Of a DNA stretch of 64,000 bases, positions 1 through 9,781 are shown in pieces. The position numbers and the translations under genes are program-made. The stretch lies in the NCBI GenBank assembly GCA_963706325.1, contig CAVPLT010000007.1:858942-922941 (forward strand), in the 5' to 3' direction. Source of the stretch: an uncultured Nitrospiraceae bacterium (GTDB lineage Bacteria; Nitrospirota; Nitrospiria; Nitrospirales; Nitrospiraceae). Under the pieces are notes generated by a model. It saw nothing but the letters and a program-made list of their open reading frames with translations, had not been told where the DNA came from and made no database searches. Every line of letters starts with the position of its first letter. Positions within the stretch are counted from its first letter, which is position 1.

Positions 1-462
1 TCGCTGTACGGGTTCAGCAGTGACCTGCAACGCATCGATGCCGAGACGCTTCCATTTAGTGATGCGTCGTTCGACCTGGTGTATTCCTGGGGAGTGATTC
101 ACCATGCAGAACATCCAGGGCGAATTATTGCTGAAGTCCGACGAGTGCTCAAACCGGATGGACGGTTCATCGGTATGTTGTACGGCAGGCATTCCCTCGT
201 CGCACTGAAACTGTGGGTGAGGCATGGTTTGTTTCGCGGCCGACCTGACAGAACATTGGCCGGGGTTGTGGCCGATCATATGGAGAGTCCCGGCACCAAG
301 GCTTACACAGTTCGTGAGGTGCGGGGGCTGTTCAACGAATTCACTCGCGTGACCGCGACTGCAGTGATGACGCCCTATGATCGGCGTCGGCTGCCATCCT
401 GGTTCACGCAATTAGTTCCGGATCGCTGGGGATGGTTTATCTGCATTAATGCGGTCAAGTAA
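1..462 (+). CDS. Class I SAM-dependent methyltransferase, 5'-partial
   Basis: Frame reads DAETLPFSDASFDLVYSWGVIHH...EVRRVLKPDG, typical Methyltransf_11 motifs; runs off the window start. Confidence 0.85.
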   Translation, partial: SLYGFSSDLQRIDAETLPFSDASFDLVYSWGVIHHAEHPGRIIAEVRRVLKPDGRFIGMLYGRHSLVALKLWVRHGLFRGRPDRTLAGVVADHMESPGTKAYTVREVRGLFNEFTRVTATAVMTPYDRRRLPSWFTQLVPDRWGWFICINAVK

Positions 463-1638
463 GTGGAGAGAGGGGCATCGACTCATAAGATTCTGATGGC
501 CTGTGCCAATTACTGGACGACTCCGTTCCAAGTAGGAAGCCACCACCTGGCGCGGGGTTTCGCGGAGGCCGGTTGGAGGGTCGGTTTCGTCTCGGATCCC
601 ATCTCTCCGTTGCATCTCTTGGGACAAGCCCGGCAGGAATTGGCGAACAGGTTCCAACTGTACCGCGACGGTGGCCTGTGGGACCTCGAAAAAAAACTAT
701 GGGCCTATGTTCCAGGGGCGTTGGCCACTCCCCGCCATAAGCCACTGCTTCGCAGTGGCGCCGTTGAGCGCGGGTGGGCCCACCTGACGTGGCCTCCGCT
801 GGGAGCCATGGTGCGGAAGCACGGCTTCGGTGAGGTCGATCTGATGTACTGTGACAGCCCCAAACATCTCTCCTGGTTATCTCAGGTGACCCGCGCGCGA
901 ACCGTGTTTCGGGTTGCTGATAACACCTCAGGATTCGGCCGAACGACGCCAGCCGCACGTGAGGCTGAACGAGCTCTGGCCGGCGCGGCCGATCTGGTGG
1001 TGTATAGCGCCGAAACCTTGAAAGAGTATGTAGAAAGTTTGAAGCCTCGCCGCATGGCTCATCTCCCGAACGGCGTGAATTTTGCTCATTTTGCCCGGAA
1101 CGATGTGCCCGTTCCTCCCGAGTATGCCTCGATCCCAGGGCCCATCGCCGTGTATGCAGGATACATGGACGCCTGGTTTGACTACGACCTGTTGAATCGC
1201 GTCGTCGCGGCATTGCCTAACGTCTCATTCGTTCTCATCGGAGGAAGCCCCGCTGCGCACACCAGGTTTGCGCCTATGCGAAACCTGCATCTGCTCGGAC
1301 CCCGGCCGTTTGCCCGCTTGCCGGAATATCTACGGGCCGCCGACGTGGGGCTCATCCCGTTTGACGTACAAGGGCATCCGACGCTGGTGCATAGTATCCA
1401 TCCCCTGAAATTGTATGAATACTTCGCTGCCGGACTGCCCGTGGTCGCCACACGCTGGCGGGAACTGGAGCGTTTGCAAAGCCCGGCGAGGCTGTGTGAG
1501 TCGGCCGCAGAATTCTCCTCCGCCGTCGAACTCAGCCTATCTGAGTCCCCTCGACGTGCAGAATACGAACGCTATGCGCAGCAGGCTGATTGGAAGCACC
1601 GCGTCCTCCGGTTGCTGGATCTCGCATTTTCAGAGTGA
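463..1638 (+). CDS. GT-B glycosyltransferase (GT4/TuaH-like)
   Basis: HLPNGVN, LLGPRPFARLPEYLRAADVGLIPF, HPLKLYEYFAAGLPVV motifs. Confidence 0.9.
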   Translation: MERGASTHKILMACANYWTTPFQVGSHHLARGFAEAGWRVGFVSDPISPLHLLGQARQELANRFQLYRDGGLWDLEKKLWAYVPGALATPRHKPLLRSGAVERGWAHLTWPPLGAMVRKHGFGEVDLMYCDSPKHLSWLSQVTRARTVFRVADNTSGFGRTTPAAREAERALAGAADLVVYSAETLKEYVESLKPRRMAHLPNGVNFAHFARNDVPVPPEYASIPGPIAVYAGYMDAWFDYDLLNRVVAALPNVSFVLIGGSPAAHTRFAPMRNLHLLGPRPFARLPEYLRAADVGLIPFDVQGHPTLVHSIHPLKLYEYFAAGLPVVATRWRELERLQSPARLCESAAEFSSAVELSLSESPRRAEYERYAQQADWKHRVLRLLDLAFSE

Positions 1639-1672
1639 GTCTTGGAGGGTTACCGATATTTCACGCCCATTA

Positions 1673-2755
1673 TTGACCATAGACATGCGCATGGTGTTGG
1701 CCGCAGGGATCGGCACCTATCTCCGTCAGCTGGTGCCGCGCGTATGGCGGACATTGCCGTCTCTCAACCTGTGCCTGTTGGGAAGAGCTGAGACACTGAC
1801 ACGGTTTGAGTGGGCGCAACAACCCGGCGTCACCATTGTCGGATGTGGGGCTCCTATTTATTCCTTACGGGAGCAGGTTGAGATTCCCTTAAAAATCCCA
1901 TCGCAAACAGATCTCTTCTGGTCGCCTCATTACAACATTCCCTTGTTCTACCGAGGGCGCTTGCTCGTCACGGTGCATGACACCTTTCATCTCGCCATGC
2001 CACAATTCGTCAAAGGATGGCATCGCCGACTGTACTCGCGTGTCATGTTTCGAGCGGTGCGGTCAAAAGCAGCCGGCATTGTGTGTGTCTCACGCTTTGC
2101 CAAAGGCGAAGTTCTGAAATATTGTCCGACAGGAAAGCAGAACGTCACGGTCGTGCACAACGGAATTGATTTCTCCTGGTTGGAGGTCGTGCCCGGCCCG
2201 GCCCCCCATCCGAAACCGTATCTTCTCTTCGTTGGCAGTGTGAAACCTCATAAAAACCTCTCACGACTCTTAGAGGCGTTTGATCGATTGTTGCAGAAGA
2301 TTCCGCACGATCTCATCATCATCGGCCGACAGGAGGGGTTTATCACTGGAGACGCGCTGGCGAATGAACGAGCCTCCGCGATGCACAGACGTGTCAAATG
2401 CGTGGGGGAATTAGACCATGATCACGAGATCCTCAGACGATTCTACGCTCACGCTGACGCGCTCATTTTGCCCTCGCTCTATGAAAGTTTTGGTCTTCCG
2501 GCATTGGAAGCGGCTGCCTCGGGATGTCCGATTGTCGTCTCTCGGGTAGGGGGGTTGCCGGAGGTGTATGGGGAATCGGCGGTGTATTGCGATCCATATG
2601 ATGTCGATGATATTGCGAATAAAATATTTCAGACGGTCACAGACCGAGAATTGCGACGTCGGCATATCGACCGTGGCCGAGCGATTGCGACTATGTACGG
2701 CTGGGATCAGTCAGCGCAACGAACGAGCGAGCTTATCCAAACACTCCTGGCATAG
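1673..2755 (+). CDS. GT4 family glycosyltransferase
   Basis: IDMRM..GIGTY, VTVHD, FVGSVKPHKN, PSLYESFGLPALEA motifs; start uncertain (TTG 1673 or ATG 1685). Confidence 0.9.
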   Translation: MTIDMRMVLAAGIGTYLRQLVPRVWRTLPSLNLCLLGRAETLTRFEWAQQPGVTIVGCGAPIYSLREQVEIPLKIPSQTDLFWSPHYNIPLFYRGRLLVTVHDTFHLAMPQFVKGWHRRLYSRVMFRAVRSKAAGIVCVSRFAKGEVLKYCPTGKQNVTVVHNGIDFSWLEVVPGPAPHPKPYLLFVGSVKPHKNLSRLLEAFDRLLQKIPHDLIIIGRQEGFITGDALANERASAMHRRVKCVGELDHDHEILRRFYAHADALILPSLYESFGLPALEAAASGCPIVVSRVGGLPEVYGESAVYCDPYDVDDIANKIFQTVTDRELRRRHIDRGRAIATMYGWDQSAQRTSELIQTLLA

Positions 2756-2778
2756 GACTTTGTCCTGGATGTTTCCGA

Positions 2779-5453
2779 GTGTATTCCCAGTATGCGCCTA
2801 GGACTTCACTAGTTCGAGATATGGAACGCGGTTTATCGAAAGCAGATGCCATGTGTGACCGGATAGGATTAATTCTGATCGGAGGCCTTCTCCTTTCCCC
2901 CCTTGTGTTTAAGATCCAATTCGCGCCTGGCCTCGTGATCCATCCGGTGGTGCTGCTCCTGCTGCTCAGTTGGTGTTGGATTGCCATCGTCATGGTGGCG
3001 CCTCTTCGAAAGAGTGTTCGTGGCCGCTATGTAGCCGAATGGCAAGCATGGAATATTCCCATGATCCTGATCGGTGTCCTTGTGGGTGGACTAGCAGCGA
3101 GTCTGACCATCAACAATCTGCGTGCCGGCTCGTTTCAATCCGGTGGCTGGCTGCTTTTGGCAAAATGGACGTTATATCTCGCACCGCTGCCGCTCGCGGC
3201 GCTCCTGGCCATACGCACCGGATTGACCGTGGTCAGGGTGGCAAGCTGGCTGATGCCCCTGACGGCCTGCGTGACGCTGCTATATTCCCTGTATCGGCTA
3301 CGCCATGGGATCGGGTTGGATTTGCCTCAACACTACGTCGGATCCGCTCCTGAGTTCCAGGCTTTGGGAATGTTGGGCGAAGTCTGGACCTCAGAGGGAT
3401 TACGGGTACGGACGGATACGGTGAGCCAGGGCGCATACGGCATGTATCTAGTACTCATTTTGATGTTCAGTCTGTTGTTGGGTCTTTTTCGTGGCTGGGA
3501 AGGGATCGTTCCGGTTCGATTTGCGATCGGTCAGTGCCTCATCTTGGCCCCCTTGGCGATCATGGGAATTCTTTTTACCGGGTCACGAGCCAGTCTCTTG
3601 TTGATGGCAGGATGCCTCACCATTCTGCTTGGTATGGTCATCGCCAATCCACGGCGTGCTGTGCCGTCCCGGGCTAGACGATGGTTCCTGCTTGGTTTGG
3701 GGGTCATCGTCTGCATGCTCCTTGTCAGTCATGCGCTTTGGAAACCTTTTATCCCTACGCTGGATCGTATGAGTGAGACCGTTCAGACGGCGCACAAGAT
3801 GACCGGCCAGTACGCCGTGTCTCCCGTGGATCGGCAGGTCGAGACGCGGGTCGTGCTGCGCAACGTTCAGACACGATTGTGGCTCTGGGGGCAAGTCCTT
3901 CATTATTTACAGACCCATCCGTTGGCCATTTTGATCGGCGTGGGTTACGACCGACAGGTATTCGTTGAACGGGTGTTGGGACTGCCCTACACGAATGCGA
4001 CCTTCCAATTCCAAACGGCCCATAGCCTTTTGCTCGACATTCTCGTGAAAGGCGGCTTGGTGCCGTTTATCGCATTGATCCTGCTCTACGCATGGTTATT
4101 GTGGGAGGCGGTGCTGGGGATGATGATTCCGCGCGTCGCCAAACAAGATCCCGCCAGAATTGGATTGGCATGGGCGCTGCTCTGTTTTTGGCCTCCTTTT
4201 TTTGGAGCCAATTTTTCCGGCGAAGAGATGTTCACGGATAATCTCCTCCTTCATTGGTCGCTGCTCGCCGGTTTGTTGCTTGGGCTGTGCGCGGTGGCGC
4301 TTCGGCAATGGCTTCCTGGCCAAATTGCGCATGTCACGGCCACGGCAGGCCTAGGCGGAGGCCCCGCCTACATTACGGCCTTGACGAAGCATCAGCTGAG
4401 CAAGGGTATTAAGGTCCGCATCTTTTGCTCGGATGAAAAGCCGTATGTAGACATTTGGCGCCAGATGGGCATTGATGTGTCGGCACTTCCTATGCGCCGG
4501 CCGAATGTATCGTCCATGTGGCTGCTCCTGAAGGAATTGCTCCGAGCGCCTGCTCCGATACATGCTCATGGACGGGGCGCGGCGTTTTTTGCCGTGTGGA
4601 TCAAAATACTGGTGCGTATCCCGGTCATCTATCAGCCCCACGGGCCGCACTATGCCTTCAAGCACGGATACCGGTATGTATCCGGCTGGTTCTTTGAAGC
4701 GTTCTGCCGCCTGCTTTTCGATGCGATCATCTATGTATCTGTCGGGGAACGAGCTATTGCCCGACGGCAGAGGCTCCCCGTCGGTCGATCCCGAGTAATC
4801 GTGTCCGGCCTTATGCAGGAATCGGGCATCTCGCTGGCTGATGGATCGAAACGAGATGTCCTGCTCACCACGTTAAATGTCCCCACGCAGAGATTTGTGA
4901 TCGGGTGGATCGGTCGATTTCAATATCCCAAGGGACTCGATCTCTTGTTCGATTCGGTGGCGAGCGTGTCGGCACGGCTGCCGGAGGCGATTTGGGTTGT
5001 CATCGGAGAAGGCGATGCTCAAGAAATGCGTGCCTATGAACAGAGAATTGCGAAGCTGGGGATCCGAGAAAAGGTCATCTTTCTTGGAGCTCGCTCCGAT
5101 GCCTTCACGTTGATCCGAGCTTTCGATCTGTATATTTCGACTTCACGCTGGGAAGGACTTCCGCTCGTCCTTCTCGAGGTGATGGAACAAGGCGTCCCGA
5201 TCGTGGCCAGTGACGTGGTCGGCAACCGGGACGTGCTCGACGGTTGGGGAGCCCTGTACCCTCCGAATAATTCAGCCGCTGCGGCGGACGCTCAGGTTCG
5301 ATTAGCAACCGATGTGTTGTTAGGCAGCGATTGGCTGCGGCCGGCCGAGAAGTACGCCTGACACGGTTTTCGCTTTCCCGCATGCTTGCCGATATGGATC
5401 GTGCCTATGTCGAGATTCTTGGTGAAGAGATCGCGGGCGAGATCAGGCAGTGA
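2779..5453 (+). CDS. O-antigen ligase/Wzy-like membrane domain fused to a GT4 glycosyltransferase (frameshift ~5322)
   Basis: Multi-TM N-half with TGSRAS, R..LW, GVGY, TAHSLLLDILVKGGLV; C-half GGGPAY, HAHG, IGRFQYPKG, SRWEGLPLVLLE; an alternative frame continues ...RFSLSRMLADMDRAY to TGA 5453, overlapping the next start. Confidence 0.8.
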
Positions 5454-5757
5454 GTACCGAGCGGTCTGCGTCCTCATCGAGCCGTGCAGCGCTCCCATTA
5501 ATCGTCTCCGATATCGCGCTGCAGGGCGCGCGATATGCCTTCATTCTCTATCTCGGGTCCCAATCACTGTCCTATTTGGGATCCTTCCTGATGGGTGGGG
5601 CATTAGGTTCGCTCTTGGGGGTACTGACCGATTTTGGGATCAGTCAGCATTGGCTGCGGCTCGGCATGAAGGATGCCCGCCTCACTCGCCGAACGTTTAC
5701 GGGAGTGCTGCTCGGCAGGATCCTGTGTTCGCTCCTGGGAATATTCCTGCTTGCCTC
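5450..5757 (+). pseudogene. Polysaccharide flippase (Wzx-like) N-terminal fragment, truncated
   Basis: Hydrophobic helices with LTDFGIS motif; sequence switches to the antisense of an integrase after ...IFLLASH. Confidence 0.65.
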
Positions 5758-6593
5758 CCATCGCAATTCCAGCGCCTCGTTTCGCCGCCAACCGGTAAGT
5801 CCCAGAAGGCGAAGCCGCCGCGATAGCGGGAGGCCAAACACCCGCAATTTCCGCTTTGCGCAATGCTTCGCCCAAATCTGAATATTCCGCTTCGGTCAGC
5901 CGTCGTTCACGTTTGCCATCGGCAAAGCGGACGACACCGTGAACTGGATTGTCCGGCCGCATCCTGCGTCTCACCGCGTAGGTGAAAATCCCTCCAAGCA
6001 AACCTACAGCACGGCTGGCTGCACCCCTACCACCCCGCACCCTGGCGAGCCCCCGCTTTTTGGCCGTTTTGGTTTTTCCGGCGGTTTTGCCTGCCGCGAC
6101 ATCGTGCATGAAGTTATCGATGTCTTGTTGGGTGATTGCGGTGAGCTTGATAGCGCCTATGAGAGGCTTGATATGTCGCTCAATGCGGCCCCGATCGATC
6201 AGTAGCGTGCTAGTCTTTTTTGCCGACTTGCGCCGGGTCAACAACCGTCCGGCCTCTGCGTCCTTTAAGTACAGGTCGCACAGTTCGGAAACGGTAGCAG
6301 CCTGCCGCACAGCCTTCTTGGTAGCCGCCGGGTCAGCGCCCCCGGAACGAGCCCCAGAAGGCGCTGTGCCTCGGCACGAGCAGTTTCTGGGGTCCACGGT
6401 GATCCGTGCCGTCCAATCGTGTGCCATCGCTGCCGCCCCTCTTGGGTTCGATAGATGAGAAGGTAAGACACGGCCTCGCTTCGCTGCCGCCGCGCGCCAA
6501 AGCCTGCGACCGTCGAGTCCCAGACGGTCTGGTCCGGTTGTAGTGCTCGCAGTTCTGAAGTCCGATTTTGCGTCCCACCTCACGCGCCTCCAT
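5755..6593 (-). mobile_element. Tyrosine integrase (P4-like, arm-binding N-domain), frameshifted and C-terminally truncated
   Basis: Pieces in several frames: SYLLIYRTQEGRQRWHTIGRHGSPWTPETARAEA, GADPAATK, TVSELCDLYL, RPDNPVHGV, ERRLT, LTGWRRNEALELRW; HxxR/H/Y catalytic region absent. Confidence 0.9.
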
Positions 6594-6601
6594 TTCCGAG
6601 C

Positions 6602-6623
6602 TAGCTAGCAGGTAGCTAGCAGG
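6602..6623 (+). repeat. Tandem 11-bp repeat TAGCTAGCAGG x2, probable integrase arm-type site
   Basis: Perfect tandem repeat between the integrase start and the tRNA-Gly fragment. Confidence 0.6.
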
Positions 6624-6737
6624 TCAACGCATGTCGGCGCAAACCCTAACAATACCGAGCAACAGTTTTAGGCCGATTTTATAGGGTTTGTTGGCATTGA
6701 ACCCATGCCCCGCAAATTCGGTAAAAGCACGGGAACT

Positions 6738-6793
6738 ACCTTGCCAAGGTCGGGTCGAGGGTTCGAGCCCCTTCGCCCGCTCCAGATTTTCCT
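6738..6793 (+). mobile_element. att site: 3' half of tRNA-Gly(GCC), not a full tRNA
   Basis: ACCTTGCCAAGGTCGGGTCGAGGGTTCGAGCCCCTTCGCCCGCTCCA+GATTTTCCT; no D-arm or 5' acceptor strand upstream; inverted copy at 56916-56972. Confidence 0.9.
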
Positions 6794-6814
6794 GGTATTT
6801 GAATTACTTCTGAC

Positions 6815-6834
6815 AGGCCGCCGAAAGGCGGCCT
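6815..6834 (+). terminator. GC hairpin AGGCCGCC-GAAA-GGCGGCCT
   Basis: Perfect 8-bp stem with GAAA loop just after the tRNA fragment; no U-tract. Confidence 0.45.
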
Positions 6835-7317
6835 CGTCGTTTCGATCCTGGGGGAGCCTCCGGGGGAGCGGCGTCCCGACTGGGGCGGCGACGATGCGAG
6901 AAGCCTTTGCTTTCTGCTCTTCGAATTCCTCTGCAGAAAGAACCGTGGTCACGAAGCGAAGCCAGTCAAGGGTAGCCGATAGCAGGGCGAGCTACAGGCT
7001 CTCCTCGTAGATGCCCAACATCAGACTGCAATGATTCGGCAGTCCATCGCCGACCGCACGGGCTACAGCTTCGGAGGAGGCGGCCCCGATGGCGACCTAT
7101 TTACCTTCCTCGCCGAACTCACTGTTGCGATGGTCAGGTAGAACCCTGCTGATCCGCGACGACCGGCTTGGCTTCTTCGTTCACGCGTTGGAATGTAGTT
7201 ACCTACTCGGACAGCTTCCCAAGCTGCATACGGCGCGCATAGGGCGCACAGTTTTCGTAAAGTCGTTGAAATCTCGACGGAGCAACAGAGTTTGCGGAAG
7301 TATTCAGATGAGGCGGC

Positions 7318-8577
7318 GTGATGGGCCCGGTTGCACTTTTCGATAAATCCTTCATCGAGATGCTCAACATCGATGAAGCGGCGATCTACGACTGTCTCTA
7401 CAGTTCAGTCTTATGTCCGATATTTTATACCGAGGTTCTGGCTGACCTTTCAAAGGAGCCGCCTGGTGAGCGTTCAGCAGAACGGGTAGTTGGCGACGTC
7501 GCGAAGAAGACGCCAATTATGCACTCAACACCGAACGTCCTTCACACCACGATATGTATGTCGGAATTGGCCGGCAACGCGGTCGAAATGCGCCGCGTGC
7601 CAGTGAGATCTGGCGGTAAGCCGGTCCGCAGGCCAGACGGAACGGTGGGCGTCATCTATGACGAAGCGCCGGAAGCCAAGGCGTTCGACCGCTGGCAGCG
7701 TGGTCAGTTTAGAGAAATTGAACGCGATTTTGCATTTGGTTGGCGCAAACAGCTTCTCGAAGCGGATGATGAACTAACAGCAAAATTGGCTCGCCAAATC
7801 CTCGCGATCACGCAAGAGCCCAAGAATTTGGCTGATGCGTTGGCAATTGCTAAGCAGGTTCTGCAGGGTGAGGGCCAGCGGTTCTTACTTCTGAAAACCG
7901 CCTACGTTCTTCTAGGCCTGGATCCTGCGCACTTTCGTCGAGTTCAAGCGCGATGGGTAGCGGCAGGACGGCCGCACCTACATGAATTCGCGCCTTACAC
8001 AGCGCACTGCCTACTCGTTGAGATATTCTTCAACGTCGCCATCGGGAAAAAGCTGATCTCGCCAGACCGGGCGAGCAACCGCGTTGATATGGCGTACCTG
8101 TTTTATTTGCCGTTCTCGATGATTTTTATTTCCAATGACAAGTTACATCAGAGAGCCGCGCCACTGTTCATGACTGACAAGCAGATTTTTGTGGTGGGGG
8201 ACGATCTCAAAAAAGATCTGGCGTCTCTCAATATCCAATATTCTGCGCTGTCCGAGGAGGAGAAGAGCGAAGGACTGTTTCGGATAGCGAGTTATCCGCC
8301 AAATGATGATAGCTACCTGACGACGCGTATTTGGAAACAGCTCGGAATAAACGTTCAACGGCAAACGGCCGCGCGGAACTCTGAGGCGCCGCTCGCGACT
8401 GAATTGCTAGCTTCCGTGAAACAAATGCGGGAAGCCGCGCAGGGACGTGATCGCGCAGCGCAGTTCAGCCAATCTGAGCTGGAGGATCCTAGCCATGTAG
8501 TGATCGAGCGCATGGTTCCTCTAAGACGAGGAAAGTGGCGGTTCATGCCTCCTGGTGTGGAGGCTTCGGAAGAGTAG
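7318..8577 (+). CDS. Hypothetical protein with PIN-like acidic motif pattern
   Basis: 419-aa ORF; VALFDKS (beta1-D), FYTEVLADL (E), NRVDMAYL...IFISNDK (D, SxD). Confidence 0.7.
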   Translation: MMGPVALFDKSFIEMLNIDEAAIYDCLYSSVLCPIFYTEVLADLSKEPPGERSAERVVGDVAKKTPIMHSTPNVLHTTICMSELAGNAVEMRRVPVRSGGKPVRRPDGTVGVIYDEAPEAKAFDRWQRGQFREIERDFAFGWRKQLLEADDELTAKLARQILAITQEPKNLADALAIAKQVLQGEGQRFLLLKTAYVLLGLDPAHFRRVQARWVAAGRPHLHEFAPYTAHCLLVEIFFNVAIGKKLISPDRASNRVDMAYLFYLPFSMIFISNDKLHQRAAPLFMTDKQIFVVGDDLKKDLASLNIQYSALSEEEKSEGLFRIASYPPNDDSYLTTRIWKQLGINVQRQTAARNSEAPLATELLASVKQMREAAQGRDRAAQFSQSELEDPSHVVIERMVPLRRGKWRFMPPGVEASEE

Positions 8578-8734
8578 CTAGCGTCTTATTCACGCAACAT
8601 CACCGCAAACCGCCCCACGTGCGAATCATAAAGAGTAAAATCTCACTACCGAATGCTCTTTTCCCAGGTGTTGGCGGAGGAATACGCGGCGGATATCTGC
8701 TCGGTTGATCGCATGGTATTTCAGCTAAGAGCGT

Positions 8735-8753
8735 GACCGCTGCGCAGGTTGAG
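8735..8753 (+). repeat. Direct repeat copy 1 (GACCGCTGCGCAGGTTGAG) left of the chemosensory cluster
   Basis: 17/19 identical to 22283-22301. Confidence 0.55.
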
Positions 8754-8952
8754 TTCCCTTGGACTTGCGTTACGCAATGTGAGGGGCTTCACGCGCCGCC
8801 TTCTCGCAGGTGATCAACCCCAACCCACAGAAAGGCGGCTATCCTGCTCCCGACCGGATGACTTTCTAAATGGCCTTAATCGTGACTTTCCCTTAACGGC
8901 GCGACAACAACAATTGGTGCGAGCCGTCATTCGTCGGGTCGGAGTTTTCCAA

Positions 8953-9570
8953 CTAGGTAATGGATTTCACAAAGCCGGCGATTAGTGACCTCAGTTCATC
9001 CAGCGATGGAATGTCCATCAGCAGAGCGACATAACCGCCGATTTCCTTTTGACGTATTTCGAACTTGATATGCAGGAACAGGACGAGGCTTGAGGTCTCG
9101 CTCTCGAACATCTGGTTGCTGTCGCCGCGAATAACGACCGGCAGAGACATTTTAAGCGCGCTCTTCAGCAGATTGGCGATGGTCGCGACCCAGCTGTTCA
9201 GAATGATATTGCCGGTTTCCGCCAGGGCTTCATCTTCGAGATCCACGATGTCTTCCAGCGGAAGCTGTCGGCCAACTACCGCGCGCACCAATTCGAGGCT
9301 ATTCCGTTCCGGAAAGATTAGCATCGCCCGGCCCGAGAATGCGCCAGCGAAGTCTTGCCGCACGGCAACCAACTTGGGATTGTCCGGCTTGGCTACCAGT
9401 TGCGTTGCCCCGGCGCTGGTGAGGATTTCGACTGAGGGAACGGACAGTAGAACTTCGTTTTGAATCATCTGTCGCAAGCTGTTGGCCGCTTTGGCCATCG
9501 CAATATTCGACAGTTCAGCCAGAGCATCTCGCTCGAGGTCGCTCAGGGGGACAAACGGGTGCGGCGTCAT
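8953..9570 (-). CDS. cheC: CheC-like phosphatase family protein (copy 1)
   Basis: DALAELSNIAMAKAANSL and EALAETGNIILN: two ExxN sites; SVPSV and MSLP motifs. Confidence 0.85.
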   Translation of the reverse strand: MTPHPFVPLSDLERDALAELSNIAMAKAANSLRQMIQNEVLLSVPSVEILTSAGATQLVAKPDNPKLVAVRQDFAGAFSGRAMLIFPERNSLELVRAVVGRQLPLEDIVDLEDEALAETGNIILNSWVATIANLLKSALKMSLPVVIRGDSNQMFESETSSLVLFLHIKFEIRQKEIGGYVALLMDIPSLDELRSLIAGFVKSIT

Positions 9571-9781
9571 GAAATATGGTCCATTTTCTGCTTAGGCGAC
9601 GAGCTATCGGCTTTACCTTCCGCTTGACTTCCTGACGTCAAAGTGGCGCCTACCGCTTTCCCGATCTGGGACATGCAGCGCGTGGAACCTCTGTTTCGGC
9701 TTGTATCGACTTGGGCAGACCGAATAGTTTGTCGGTCGAATACTGCCTTTCTCAGGCGGAATTTACTGCCAAGCTTCAGGA

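Noticed and set aside
6738..6784. Functional tRNA-Gly
   Set aside because: The 5' acceptor strand and D-arm are absent in both copies, so they are treated as att repeats.
6870..7190. Minus-strand ORF as antitoxin for the PIN-like gene
   Set aside because: Interrupted by stops and frame breaks, divergent rather than operonic, and no recognisable motif.
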